The position numbers were made by a program, and so were the translations under genes. A stretch of 64,000 bases of DNA. Origin: Candidatus Nomurabacteria bacterium (GTDB lineage: Bacteria > Patescibacteriota > Minisyncoccia > Phycocordibacterales > UBA918). Shown piece after piece: positions 1-8,636 of the stretch. The stretch spans positions 936,470-1,000,469 of the forward strand of contig JACKGH010000001.1 in the NCBI GenBank assembly GCA_020632075.1, given 5' to 3'. The stretch's first letter is position 1, and each line of letters opens with the position of its first letter. A model generated the notes under the pieces. The model did no database searches. It was not told where the DNA came from and saw only the letters and a program-made list of their open reading frames with translations.

Positions 1-1210
1 GGGTGAGTTCGATGAGTTCGGACTCGGTGACTGCGAAGAGTCGTTCACCACTGCGGAGTACGGTGGTTGCCGTAAGTGGCACCGAAAGCATGCTTTCGGT
101 GCCTTGCCGAGAGACGAAGCGCCATAGCCAGTTGCCATTATGCTCTTCCACGATGACCCAGCCGTTGTCACGACTTACCACCGCGACGCGTCCGCTGCTG
201 GTTTGTCTGATGGTGCGCTTGGTAGCGACATCGACCAGTGTGCCAGCATTGGTACGGACTACGCCACACGGCCAGATCGATACGACCTGTTCGCCATGTA
301 CCTCGAGCAATCGCTCGAAGATGAGTCCACCACTTTGCGTGGTGACGACGCGCATGATCTGACCGAGGTTGGTATTGGCTTTGCCGGTCGCTTGCGGCGA
401 GGGTGGCAGCGTCCGTTCACCTTGCGTGAACGTCGCTTGGTACCAATCAAGGAGTGGACCTGGGATGATCCCAAAGTCGCGAACTGCCTTGTTGAGACGA
501 ACGCCTGGTACAAAGACCGACGCGTTGTCTTTCATGCGCTGCTCCAGTTCACCCGGTTTGTAGCCGTCAAGTTTGCCTTTGTACGGGTGGATCCCGGTGT
601 ACAAGAGGAACGTGACGATACCCCAGGAGAACCAATCTGAAGCCTCGCTGATACTTCCGTGCCAATCTCGAATGGATGGCATGATAACGGAAGCTTTGAA
701 GCGGTCGATCTGCCAGGAGTCTACGTCGATGACGTAGGGAGTTGGCTGGCGGACATCTTTGATGTCCGCCAGCCAATTGAGCTCGTTGGCATCGACCAAG
801 AGGGCTCCTTGCCCGTGCGCGTATCCCACGACCTCGTGCATCTTCGTAGCCAGGTGGGTCACACCGGGTGTGTCGATGCCGTTTTGGTTGCGGAAGTCGT
901 TGGTGAAAAGCCTTGGATACGCCTCGCCAGTCACGTAGGGCATGTAGTATCCGATGGCTCCTTTGCTGCCGATCACCAATCCTTTCGGCGTGACGATCGA
1001 CGGATGTGTCAGCGACGATCCCAGGAGACGAACCTTCTCGGGCATGTTGTCTTGCTGCATTTTCTGTGGGTCATGATAGAGCTTGATGATATGGTTTCCT
1101 TTGCGGTAGATCGCTCCTTCGCCACCTTCAGTGACATAGTCAGCTGTCCGCAAGGTGAGGTCACCATGACCTTCAAGCGTTACTTTCGTCGGTCGTTTGA
1201 TCGCTGGCAT
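1..1210 (-). CDS. Hanks-type Ser/Thr protein kinase-like; continues past the window's left edge (stop not in window); absent from supplied ORF track
   Basis: Manual translation of the minus strand in the frame of codons 1208-1210 downward gives an open frame of more than 400 codons with no stop: MPAIKRPTKVTLEGHGDLTLRTADYVTEGGEGAIYRKGNHIIKLYHDPQ...SDWFSWGIVTFLLYTGIHPYKGK... It has a Gly-rich loop (GGEGA), a beta3-like Lys (IIKLY) and a subdomain IX-like DxWSxG (SDWFSWGIV). A perfect AGGAGG lies 6 nt upstream of the ATG at 1208-1210; an earlier in-frame ATG is at 1223-1225. The gene overlaps the 3' end of the PP2C gene. Confidence 0.6.
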   Translation of the reverse strand, partial: MPAIKRPTKVTLEGHGDLTLRTADYVTEGGEGAIYRKGNHIIKLYHDPQKMQQDNMPEKVRLLGSSLTHPSIVTPKGLVIGSKGAIGYYMPYVTGEAYPRLFTNDFRNQNGIDTPGVTHLATKMHEVVGYAHGQGALLVDANELNWLADIKDVRQPTPYVIDVDSWQIDRFKASVIMPSIRDWHGSISEASDWFSWGIVTFLLYTGIHPYKGKLDGYKPGELEQRMKDNASVFVPGVRLNKAVRDFGIIPGPLLDWYQATFTQGERTLPPSPQATGKANTNLGQIMRVVTTQSGGLIFERLLEVHGEQVVSIWPCGVVRTNAGTLVDVATKRTIRQTSSGRVAVVSRDNGWVIVEEHNGNWLWRFVSRQGTESMLSVPLTATTVLRSGERLFAVTESELIELT

Positions 1211-2063
1211 GATCTGCCTCCTCATTGTCTAGGTGAATGACGGCGTACGCGATATCGTCTATCGGTCCGCGGCCGCGTTTCTTGGCGTCTTGCATGAACC
1301 GGTTCATTCGCCGGACCGCGAATTGCCCGCTGACACTCTTGAAGGACAGGAGTGCCTTGATTGCCGGTATGGTTTCGACTTGATCGATCTGCTCGACACC
1401 ATCAGAGAAGAGTGCGACGGTGCGAAGCTTTCCATACTCGGGATGCTCCAAGGCGCCATACACACGCATGCCTTCCATGCCTCGTTCCACGATGAAGCTG
1501 CCAGACTTTGATGTGACTGTGTTGTCAGCATGGATGATGTCATCGGTACGTGTGAAGGGCTCTTGCGAAAGAGCGTGTGCCATTTGGAATTGCTGATCCA
1601 ATTTGCCGAGTCGGTAGGCCGGATAGTACGGCTGATTGTTGTTCCAGTTGAGTGTGGTTACACAGAGTGCGTGTTCGTACTCTAGAGCAACGACACCATC
1701 ACCAGTGACATGCACTGCTGCGCTTCGTTCGTTCACCACTGCCCACATGCTGGTGGCAAGGAGGTCGGCAGTCTCGAGTTTCAGTGAAGTGCGGTATGAC
1801 TCGAGGTACGCGTCACGCGATGGTGCGTTGACCAGGTCGTGGTACATGTTGAACAGTGCACCTTCTTCAAGCGAACGCAGGGTAGCGAGTGCTACCAGCC
1901 GCGAACCAATGTCGGTCATGCCGCCTGAGGAACAGCCGTCACTGACGATCGCGTAGGCAGTTTCACGCCCGAGGTTGCCCGAAAGGGCATAGTCTTGGCA
2001 AGGTTTGCCTTGGCGTAAGTGTTGCTCCCCAATGTGGAAGCTGTGGTCGGTAGAGAGTTTCAT
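1173..2063 (-). CDS. PP2C-family Ser/Thr protein phosphatase
   Basis: A 296-aa ORF with PP2C-like motifs (GEQHLRQGKPCQDYA; SDGCSSGG; LFSDGV). An AAGGAGA RBS precedes the ATG at 2063. Confidence 0.6.
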   Translation of the reverse strand: MKLSTDHSFHIGEQHLRQGKPCQDYALSGNLGRETAYAIVSDGCSSGGMTDIGSRLVALATLRSLEEGALFNMYHDLVNAPSRDAYLESYRTSLKLETADLLATSMWAVVNERSAAVHVTGDGVVALEYEHALCVTTLNWNNNQPYYPAYRLGKLDQQFQMAHALSQEPFTRTDDIIHADNTVTSKSGSFIVERGMEGMRVYGALEHPEYGKLRTVALFSDGVEQIDQVETIPAIKALLSFKSVSGQFAVRRMNRFMQDAKKRGRGPIDDIAYAVIHLDNEEADHASDQTTDESNA

Positions 2064-2144
2064 AGGTTTCTCCTTCGTGTACTTTGTACAATAAAAGGAG
2101 GCGCGAAGCGCCTCCGGTAAAAGAACATGTAGCCGAAGGCTACC

Positions 2145-2900
2145 TCAGATGGTGGCCGAGATGTTTTGGCTCGGTCCGCCGGTTCCCAGTGCCTGGGAGG
2201 TAGACGAGATCGACTGCGAAACAAACTCTGCCAGTTTCGCGAGTTTGCTCTTGGTCGCTTCGCCGGCCCAGATGAACTGGCTCATACCTGCATCACGCTG
2301 GAAGTTGGCGAGGTTTTGTTTATCCCCGCTGTATCCAGTGTCGATCCCGATGAGGATCGACAGATGTGACTCCATCACTTCGCCGGTCACCGATTTCTTC
2401 AGTTCGTCCTTGACCATCTTCGCCGTTGCGACCGAGGCGTTTTCGCCGCCGTCGCTAATGACGAAGGTGATGCCGTTAACGGCAAAGTCGAGATCGACCA
2501 GGCTTTCAGCGTACTGGTTCATAGCGCCAACCGATGAGTAGACACCGTCATTGAGCGGTGTTGCACCACCGCCACGCAGATTGGGGTAGGCGTTCACGTC
2601 GATCTCCGAGAGCGGCTTGAAGCCGTGGATCTCGTCGACGCCGTTGCCATTCTGACGGCTGTACTGTGAGCCGAAACGGATCACACGAATGAGCAGGTTG
2701 TTCGAGTATGGTGAACTGAAGCATGCGCCAACGGCGGCCTTCAGCATGTCCTCGATCTGCGATTCGAATCCACTGATCGAGCCGCTCTCATCGAGGGCGA
2801 TGGTGACCAGGGTGTACTCGGAGGCTTCGAGGTTATCGATGGTGGCGCCAGAGAACTGGAAGCCACTGCCAAAGGAAAAGTCATTCATTGAATCGTTCAT
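2145..2900 (-). CDS. vWA-domain protein (TerY-like), with MIDAS motif DxSGS
   Basis: LVTIALDESGSISG is a MIDAS motif and the protein has a vWA fold-like composition. The ORF track starts it at a GTG at 2960; the ATG at 2898-2900 (MNDSMNDF) has an upstream GAGGA and is preferred. Confidence 0.6.
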   Translation of the reverse strand: MNDSMNDFSFGSGFQFSGATIDNLEASEYTLVTIALDESGSISGFESQIEDMLKAAVGACFSSPYSNNLLIRVIRFGSQYSRQNGNGVDEIHGFKPLSEIDVNAYPNLRGGGATPLNDGVYSSVGAMNQYAESLVDLDFAVNGITFVISDGGENASVATAKMVKDELKKSVTGEVMESHLSILIGIDTGYSGDKQNLANFQRDAGMSQFIWAGEATKSKLAKLAEFVSQSISSTSQALGTGGPSQNISATI

Positions 2901-2967
2901 GGTAGGTTCCTCTTGATCGGAAGTGGTTGTGTGGGCGGCGAGCGTTAGCTCGCCGCCCACTTCAGTT

Positions 2968-3798
2968 TCAGGCCAGAAAGTCGACCGTGCTCGACAGCTT
3001 CATGCCGCGGCTGGCCATGTCCTTGAGGAACTTGTCAGCGATGGCAGGGAAGTCGACAATGATCGAACCATCTGGTGCGGTCACGGCGCCGACCGGTGAC
3101 ATGGCGTCCGTCAGCAGGTGGAACTTTTTGATATGTTCCGCGCCGATGTTATCGGCAACCTGTTCGACGGTCGCTTTCACGCAGTGGCTTGATGCCTCGC
3201 CAGCGACGGCGATAACATCCGCTTCTTGCAGCATCTGCAGGAAGCGGCCGTTGAGTTGTGTCGAAGGATCGTTCGGAATTGGCACTTCAGCCATGAGTGC
3301 GCCGTAGTGCTCCGTGAGCACATTGGTACCCTTGGTGACGTAGTCGATGTTGCGAACACGAGCCTCGCTCCAGCGATCCAGTGCGGCGGAGAGGTCAGCC
3401 TGAATGTTGTGGCCCCAGCTGCCAATGAGGCAGTGGGGCGGCCACACCATCAACTGATATTTTCCGCCGCGTTCCAGATCTTCGGCATAGCCGATAGCGT
3501 AGTCGCGCAGTTCCGGGCGACGCGGTACCCAGGTGCCGTCCTTGATGGCGTCAGACGAGATGATGGTCAACGGATTCGGTGACACACCATTTCCGTCGCG
3601 CCAGAAGGCCGGGTGAGCGATGTCCACCAGGTGGTGGCTGTCGAGGGTCACGTGGATCTTCTGCAGCTTCGCGCCGACGCGGTCGACCATGGCGGCCAAC
3701 CGCTTCATGTCATTCATGGCCCCGGTAACCGGCAGTGCGGCGTTCGGTTGATCCATGAAATCGTTCTGGGGGTCAATGACCAGCAGGTGTACTTTCAT
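2968..3798 (-). CDS. isochorismatase-family cysteine hydrolase (nicotinamidase-like)
   Basis: LLVIDPQNDF N-terminal motif and a VAGEASSHCV catalytic-Cys region. The start is taken at the internal ATG with a GGAGA RBS (MKVHLLVID). Confidence 0.6.
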   Translation of the reverse strand: MKVHLLVIDPQNDFMDQPNAALPVTGAMNDMKRLAAMVDRVGAKLQKIHVTLDSHHLVDIAHPAFWRDGNGVSPNPLTIISSDAIKDGTWVPRRPELRDYAIGYAEDLERGGKYQLMVWPPHCLIGSWGHNIQADLSAALDRWSEARVRNIDYVTKGTNVLTEHYGALMAEVPIPNDPSTQLNGRFLQMLQEADVIAVAGEASSHCVKATVEQVADNIGAEHIKKFHLLTDAMSPVGAVTAPDGSIIVDFPAIADKFLKDMASRGMKLSSTVDFLA

Positions 3799-3944
3799 TA
3801 TCGTTCTCCATTTGAGAAGTAGTGAGGCTACAGCCTCGTTAGGGAAGTGTTGTATGCGGTATGTGATTTTCAAAGAACAGCCTCACCCTTCCGGTGAGGT
3901 GGAGCGCCTTGGGTGAAAAACCCCAAGCGCGCCAGCTCACAAGA

Positions 3945-4130
3945 AGTGTATTACTTACACTAAGTATTCTGATAAAGTATGGTCTCGCTTGAGACCGGCA
4001 TCAGATGACTTATTAACGTATAAAGTACACTAAGTTACGGGAAGATGTGAGGCTGCCTTTGTGGCAACCTTTAGTCTTTTGTAACTGTCTGTAGGTTAGC
4101 AAAGTACTAACTTAGTGTCAAGTATACACA
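3945..4130. promoter_or_regulatory. AT-rich divergent intergenic region carrying three copies (two direct, one inverted) of a TAC(T)NCACTAAGT motif
   Basis: tacttacactaagtat (3953-3968), aagtacactaagttac (4023-4038), and inverted tacttgacactaagttagt (4105-4123). A ggtctc...gagacc palindrome lies at 3980-3995. The region is about 330 bp with no ORF, between divergent genes. Confidence 0.35.
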
Positions 4131-4197
4131 AAGAAAAAAATAATGCAAGTGGGTTATAGGCTTTACACTCACGCAGGGTAGGTACATACTTACATAT

Positions 4198-4500
4198 ATG
4201 AAGCTGTGGAATGATTACCTGGTGTATATCAAGGATAATCCTGAGGGGTATTGGTTCAAACGCAAGCTTTATGGCTACGGTTGGACACCAGCGACACCAG
4301 CTGGTTGGGCGGTACTCTGTGGGTATTTATTGTTTATTCTTATTGCGGTGTTGTACACAGAGTACTCTGGTGGAGTTGAAACTGATCCAACCAAATTCAT
4401 TACACTCGTAGTGGCTGCGACGGTTTTGTTGCTGGTTATTACCTGGAAGACTGGTGAGCCACTGAAGTGGCAGTGGGGTCGAGATCGTGATGAAGAGTAA
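4198..4500 (+). CDS. small membrane protein (two TM helices)
   Basis: A 100-aa ORF with a hydrophobic core (WAVLCGYLLFILIAVLY; LVVAATVLLLVITW). Confidence 0.4.
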   Translation: MKLWNDYLVYIKDNPEGYWFKRKLYGYGWTPATPAGWAVLCGYLLFILIAVLYTEYSGGVETDPTKFITLVVAATVLLLVITWKTGEPLKWQWGRDRDEE

Positions 4501-4762
4501 AGAGCATTTTGTCTACATATTGCGCTGCGCGGACGGTAGTTTGTACACTGGCTATGCTACTGATCTCGAGAAACGAGTGGCTGAGCATAATGGAGAAGGG
4601 CAGACGAAGACCGCGCGGACGGCGGGCGCGCGTTACACGCGCGCCCGCCGTCCGGTCACGTTGGTCTACTCTGAATCCTTCCCGACTCGCTCTGAGGCTA
4701 TGCAGCGTGAAGCAGCGATAAAAAAACTTTCACGCAAGGAGAAGATCGAGCTTGTTGGGTAG
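4487..4762 (+). CDS. GIY-YIG nuclease family protein (YhbQ/UPF0213-like)
   Basis: FVYILRCADGSLYTGYATDLEKRVAEHN is a canonical GIY-YIG core. The protein is 91 aa. Confidence 0.7.
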   Translation: MMKSKEHFVYILRCADGSLYTGYATDLEKRVAEHNGEGQTKTARTAGARYTRARRPVTLVYSESFPTRSEAMQREAAIKKLSRKEKIELVG

Positions 4763-4830
4763 CGGGTGTTGGTGGTTACACAGGCGGACGGCTTGCGCCG
4801 CCCGCCATCGACAGGCATCATAGAGGTACT

Positions 4831-5682
4831 ATGAAAAACAAATTCGAACTCTTCTCCGGATTCATCATTCTTATCTTTATTGGCTATGTCTTTATGCGCG
4901 TAGTTACAACCCCGCCAGTTCCAGAGCCAGTGGTGCCGCAGCCAGTTCCTTCGCCTAGTGAGCCTGCAACAGCACCAAGTGCTGCCTTCAAATTTGAGGT
5001 TGAAGAGGCGGTTCGTATCGAGATCGGAGCGCCGATCGAAGGGTATGAGCCAGCGATGCTGATGCAAGTGTTTCCGGGATTGGTCGCAGCAGATTTCAAT
5101 GAGGTAGACGCGGTGATCGGAAATTACTTTTATGATGCATCGCATGATGAGGTGCGTTACGTTGCGCCAATGAATGAACCAATGCATAGTGCTGGGCCCA
5201 GTATTTCCGAAGCCGGTTTCGATCAATTATTCCAAAATGTAACCGGACGTTTTTTGTCATATTATCCAAACGGAGATGTTGAGACCATGATGGAGTGGCT
5301 CAAGGATGCAGAGTATGGCGTCTTGACGCAACCGCCACTGCTTGAACCAGAGCCAGCGTCACCGCCAGTAGTGGCGTGTACGATGGACGCCAAGATGTGT
5401 CCTGACGGCTCATTTGTTGGTCGTGTCGGACCGAATTGTGAATTTGCTGCGTGTCCTGAGTCTGTCAATGATGAAGTTACGTATTGTCCTGATCGTCCGA
5501 AGGGAGAAGAAATTGCGTGTATCGATCTGTATGCTCCCGTCTGTGGGCAGGTGCAGGTAGAGTGTATTACTACGCCGTGTGACCCAGTTTCGGAGACGTT
5601 CAGCAATAGCTGTTACGCCTGTGCAAATGATCGTGTGGTCTCATATACAGAAGGTGCGTGTGATGATGCATCAGATCAGTAA
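4831..5682 (+). CDS. membrane-anchored exported protein with Pro-rich linker and C-terminal Kazal-like Cys-rich domain
   Basis: N-terminal TM helix (FSGFIILIFIGYVF), a PVPEPVVPQPVPSP linker, and a C-terminal C...APVCG...TFSNSCYACAN pattern resembling Kazal-type inhibitor domains. Confidence 0.45.
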   Translation: MKNKFELFSGFIILIFIGYVFMRVVTTPPVPEPVVPQPVPSPSEPATAPSAAFKFEVEEAVRIEIGAPIEGYEPAMLMQVFPGLVAADFNEVDAVIGNYFYDASHDEVRYVAPMNEPMHSAGPSISEAGFDQLFQNVTGRFLSYYPNGDVETMMEWLKDAEYGVLTQPPLLEPEPASPPVVACTMDAKMCPDGSFVGRVGPNCEFAACPESVNDEVTYCPDRPKGEEIACIDLYAPVCGQVQVECITTPCDPVSETFSNSCYACANDRVVSYTEGACDDASDQ

Positions 5683-5986
5683 CGTGAAATCTGCAGTCTA
5701 CAAACTACAAGAAAAGGTATTCATCTATCCCGGTGATGCCGCGTGGCACTTCTTTCCGATTCCGAAAAAGGTCGGTATTGATATCAAAGAGAAGTACGGC
5801 AAGTATGCAAAAGGCTTTGGTTCGTTGCCGGTCGTAGCTACTGTTGGAAAGACGACCTGGCAAACTTCCATCTTTCCCGAGAAGACATCTGGTTCATACA
5901 TTCTTCCCGTCAAAGCTGCGGTGCGAAAGGCGGAGGCTATCCAGGCGGGAGAGCGAGTCTCGTGCACGATCGAGTTGCGAATTTAA
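5663..5986 (+). CDS. DUF1905-family (YdeI-like) small protein
   Basis: The YKLQEKVFIYPGDAAWHFFPIP motif is typical of DUF1905. The start is taken at the ATG at 5663, overlapping the upstream stop. Confidence 0.4.
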   Translation: MMHQISNVKSAVYKLQEKVFIYPGDAAWHFFPIPKKVGIDIKEKYGKYAKGFGSLPVVATVGKTTWQTSIFPEKTSGSYILPVKAAVRKAEAIQAGERVSCTIELRI

Positions 5987-6018
5987 AAGAGCGTTTGCTG
6001 TACAGCAAACGCTCTTAT

Positions 6019-6570
6019 TTATTCCGGCAACATTTCGCCCGGGTGATCCCAGTCGAAGAAGTGTACGTTTTCGCGATCGGTCACGTCACCATCGAGTTCG
6101 CCGACGTCAGCGCCGGGATACATCGTATGGACCAAGATGATCAGTTTGTTTTTCTGTTCACGAATACTGAACACCAAGGTTACTTCGTTGGTCAGTGGCG
6201 CGAGGACGTCGCTGTTGTACCTGAAGCGCCACGCGATCGCGTGCGCATTCAACATGAACGGTTCGGTCTGGGCGCGCAGTTCAGGGTCAACGGGAATCGT
6301 TGCGCTCCAGCCATAGACTTCATCAAGGTCAAAGAAGGTCTCGCTGAACGTACCTTCGCCATAGCGGAGGAACAGATCTTCGATCGTCTCCATAAGCTCT
6401 GGCAGAAAATGCTGGATGACCTTGTACGGGTGGGTAAAATCAGGGTGGCAAAAATTGCCGGCACAAGCGCAATCGCGCCCACGAAAGTGTTTTTTGGTGA
6501 GATCACCGATTCTTTCTTTGGGAACAATGATGCGTGCCGGTCGGCCTTTAATGTTGATGTCGATCGGCAT
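6019..6570 (-). CDS. hypothetical protein (Cys cluster CACAGNFCHPDF)
   Basis: A 183-aa ORF with no recognizable family. Confidence 0.35.
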   Translation of the reverse strand: MPIDINIKGRPARIIVPKERIGDLTKKHFRGRDCACAGNFCHPDFTHPYKVIQHFLPELMETIEDLFLRYGEGTFSETFFDLDEVYGWSATIPVDPELRAQTEPFMLNAHAIAWRFRYNSDVLAPLTNEVTLVFSIREQKNKLIILVHTMYPGADVGELDGDVTDRENVHFFDWDHPGEMLPE

Positions 6571-6701
6571 CGCGATCTCCTGTGTTGCAGATTAAAATAT
6601 GTAAGAACAGGGAACTAGATTGGTACTACAATACAAGTACTTGTACATTTGTCAATCTTTGGCGTCTTGTAACGTTTTGTAAAACCTGTCACATTGTATA
6701 G

Positions 6702-7235
6702 GTGAATGACACCATGGAGTCAGTCGAAATAAAAGCATTGATAGATCACGCAGTGGCTGATACCAGTCAGGGGTTTGCTGCGCTCTATGAACACACTGTC
6801 GATCGTGTCTTCTCTTTTGTAGCGTTTCGCACGAACAATCATGAAGACGCGAGCGAGGTTACCCAGGACGTGTTCGTAGAGCTCTACAAGTCCCTGTCAC
6901 GATTTACATATCAGTCCGACGCAGCGTTCTACGCGTTTCTCTTTACGATCGTACGCCGGCAACTAGCCTCGTACTACGCGAAGACCAAGAAACATGAAAC
7001 AACCGAGCTCACAGAAGAAGTGCATGGTAGAACTGATTCTCCGGTAGAACAAAATTGCTCGGTCGCGCAGGCACTCGAAACGCTCGATGAGGTTTCGCGC
7101 GAGATCGTTGTGTTGCACCACTGGTCGCGGTATACCTTTGCTGAAATAGGAACCATTATTAACATGACAGAATCGGCAGTACGAGTGCGTCATCATCGGG
7201 CACGCGCGGCACTTGCTTCTATTCTTAACGCATAA
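6702..7235 (+). CDS. ECF-subfamily RNA polymerase sigma-70 factor
   Basis: A region-2 motif (ASEVTQDVFVELYKSL) and a region-4 HTH (YTFAEIGTIINMTESAVRVRHHRA). Confidence 0.75.
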   Translation: MNDTMESVEIKALIDHAVADTSQGFAALYEHTVDRVFSFVAFRTNNHEDASEVTQDVFVELYKSLSRFTYQSDAAFYAFLFTIVRRQLASYYAKTKKHETTELTEEVHGRTDSPVEQNCSVAQALETLDEVSREIVVLHHWSRYTFAEIGTIINMTESAVRVRHHRARAALASILNA

Positions 7236-7237
7236 CT

Positions 7238-8578
7238 ATGTCGAACGATAATCTAGACAACCGAATAGAACAGGAACGACCGACACTCACTGCTGATGAG
7301 AAGGCTGCGATGCTGCGTGCGATTGAAGCAAAAGTAGTTGCGCCAACACTGTCACCGTATTCTGTCTTTCTTTATTTACAAACAAAAACTATGACGGGAG
7401 TACTTGTAGCATTAGTATTGATAGTCGGCACGACGGGGACGGTCGCTGCCTCAAATGACGCGAAACCAGGAGATCTCTTATTCCCGATCGAGCGTGCAAC
7501 CGAACGTGTGCAGCTTGCCTTTGCTGGGGAGGCGCGCGAAGCGGAGCTTCGCGCGCAGTTCTCTGCTGAGCGCTTGGCCGAACTGCGCGAAATTATTGAA
7601 GAAGAAACCGAATCAACCGAAGTCGAAACAACTGCCTCTTCAAGTGCGTCGACTTCAGCTTCAGTGACGGTACGCGAAAGTGGCGAAGAGCGGATCGCAA
7701 GGGCGATCACCGCAGTGCTAGATTCACTCGAGGGATACGAAGATGCTGATGCACGTGTAGAGGTGCTTACTAAACTGCAGACAGATATTGATCACGTGAA
7801 AATTGCCGGCCGCAGTGACAGTACAGTGAACGTAAAAACCGAAGACGGCGCGCGCGTGCAGATCAAGGATGACCGTATTGAGGTACGCGATGATGGCTTC
7901 CGTTTGCGAATTGACGGTGATGGGGAAGTGCGTCTACGAGTAGGTGACGATAGCGATGATGATTCACGTGGTCGAGGCAGCGATGACGACGATGACTCAG
8001 ATGACGATAGTGAAGATGAGTTTCGATCATCGAATTCATTACAGTTTGAAGCTGAAGCAGACGTTTTCTTTGACACGACGATTGTAGAGATTGAAATTAA
8101 TGATCGAAAGAGTACATTTGAAACGACTGCAGATACTCGCTCTGAAGTGATTGATGAAATCGTGAGTCGATATGATGTCGACCGAGCTGCGGTCGACGCA
8201 GTACTTGATTTTGAGATCGAAGACCGGAACAGTCGATCAGATGATTCGGATGATGATGAATGGGAGGGTGAAGACGAATGGGAAGACGAGGATGATCATC
8301 ATAGCGGTCGTGGGAGTGACGACGATGACGAATGGGAAGACAACGATGACTTTGATGACGATAGTGATGATCGGGACGAAGATGAAGGAGTGGCGGTAAA
8401 GAAATTCGAGGTTCGAGTTGAAGGCAGTACGGCAGAAGTGCGAGTCGAGTATGGTAACAAGAAGTTGGAGTATGACACGGTGTACACCACAAAGGCTGCA
8501 TTGATCGCTGAAGTAGCGCTGCGTACCGGACTGACTTCTGCTGAGCTTGGGTCGACTCTTGATCTGGAGATCGACTAG
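7238..8578 (+). CDS. putative anti-sigma factor / DUF5667-like membrane protein with long D/E-rich repeats
   Basis: Immediately downstream of the ECF sigma factor. It has a single TM helix (GVLVALVLIVGTTG), a KPGDLLFPIERATE motif resembling the DUF5667 signature, and an extensive DDSDDDSEDE / DEWEDEDD low-complexity region. Confidence 0.5.
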   Translation: MSNDNLDNRIEQERPTLTADEKAAMLRAIEAKVVAPTLSPYSVFLYLQTKTMTGVLVALVLIVGTTGTVAASNDAKPGDLLFPIERATERVQLAFAGEAREAELRAQFSAERLAELREIIEEETESTEVETTASSSASTSASVTVRESGEERIARAITAVLDSLEGYEDADARVEVLTKLQTDIDHVKIAGRSDSTVNVKTEDGARVQIKDDRIEVRDDGFRLRIDGDGEVRLRVGDDSDDDSRGRGSDDDDDSDDDSEDEFRSSNSLQFEAEADVFFDTTIVEIEINDRKSTFETTADTRSEVIDEIVSRYDVDRAAVDAVLDFEIEDRNSRSDDSDDDEWEGEDEWEDEDDHHSGRGSDDDDEWEDNDDFDDDSDDRDEDEGVAVKKFEVRVEGSTAEVRVEYGNKKLEYDTVYTTKAALIAEVALRTGLTSAELGSTLDLEID

Positions 8579-8590
8579 TGCAACGCCAAT

Positions 8591-8621
8591 AAAAAAAGCC
8601 CGGATCTGTTCCGGGCTTTTG
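8591..8621. terminator. bidirectional intrinsic terminator
   Basis: aaaaaaagcccggatctgttccgggcttttg: a hairpin flanked by an A-tract and a T-tract, between convergent genes. Confidence 0.6.
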
Positions 8622-8636
8622 CGTCACGTTGCTTGC

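Noticed and set aside
3-1240. Plus-strand ORFs 3..362, 140..640 and 659..1240 from the ORF track.
   Set aside because: Their translations are compositionally odd and lack motifs. They lie exactly antisense to a long minus-strand ORF with clear protein-kinase motifs. That ORF was omitted from the track only because its stop lies outside the window.
140-1240. Possibility of UGA recoding (genetic code 25), because frame 2 of the plus strand is interrupted by a single TGA at 638-640.
   Set aside because: The long housekeeping genes (fusA, tuf, secY, r-proteins) contain no in-frame TGA, and several genes terminate with TGA. The plus-strand frame is a shadow of the minus-strand kinase gene.
7792-8627. 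Minus-strand Ser-rich and His/Pro-rich ORFs (7792..8076, 8097..8627, 8299..8490).
   Set aside because: They are antisense low-complexity shadows of the acidic-repeat region of the anti-sigma-like gene.
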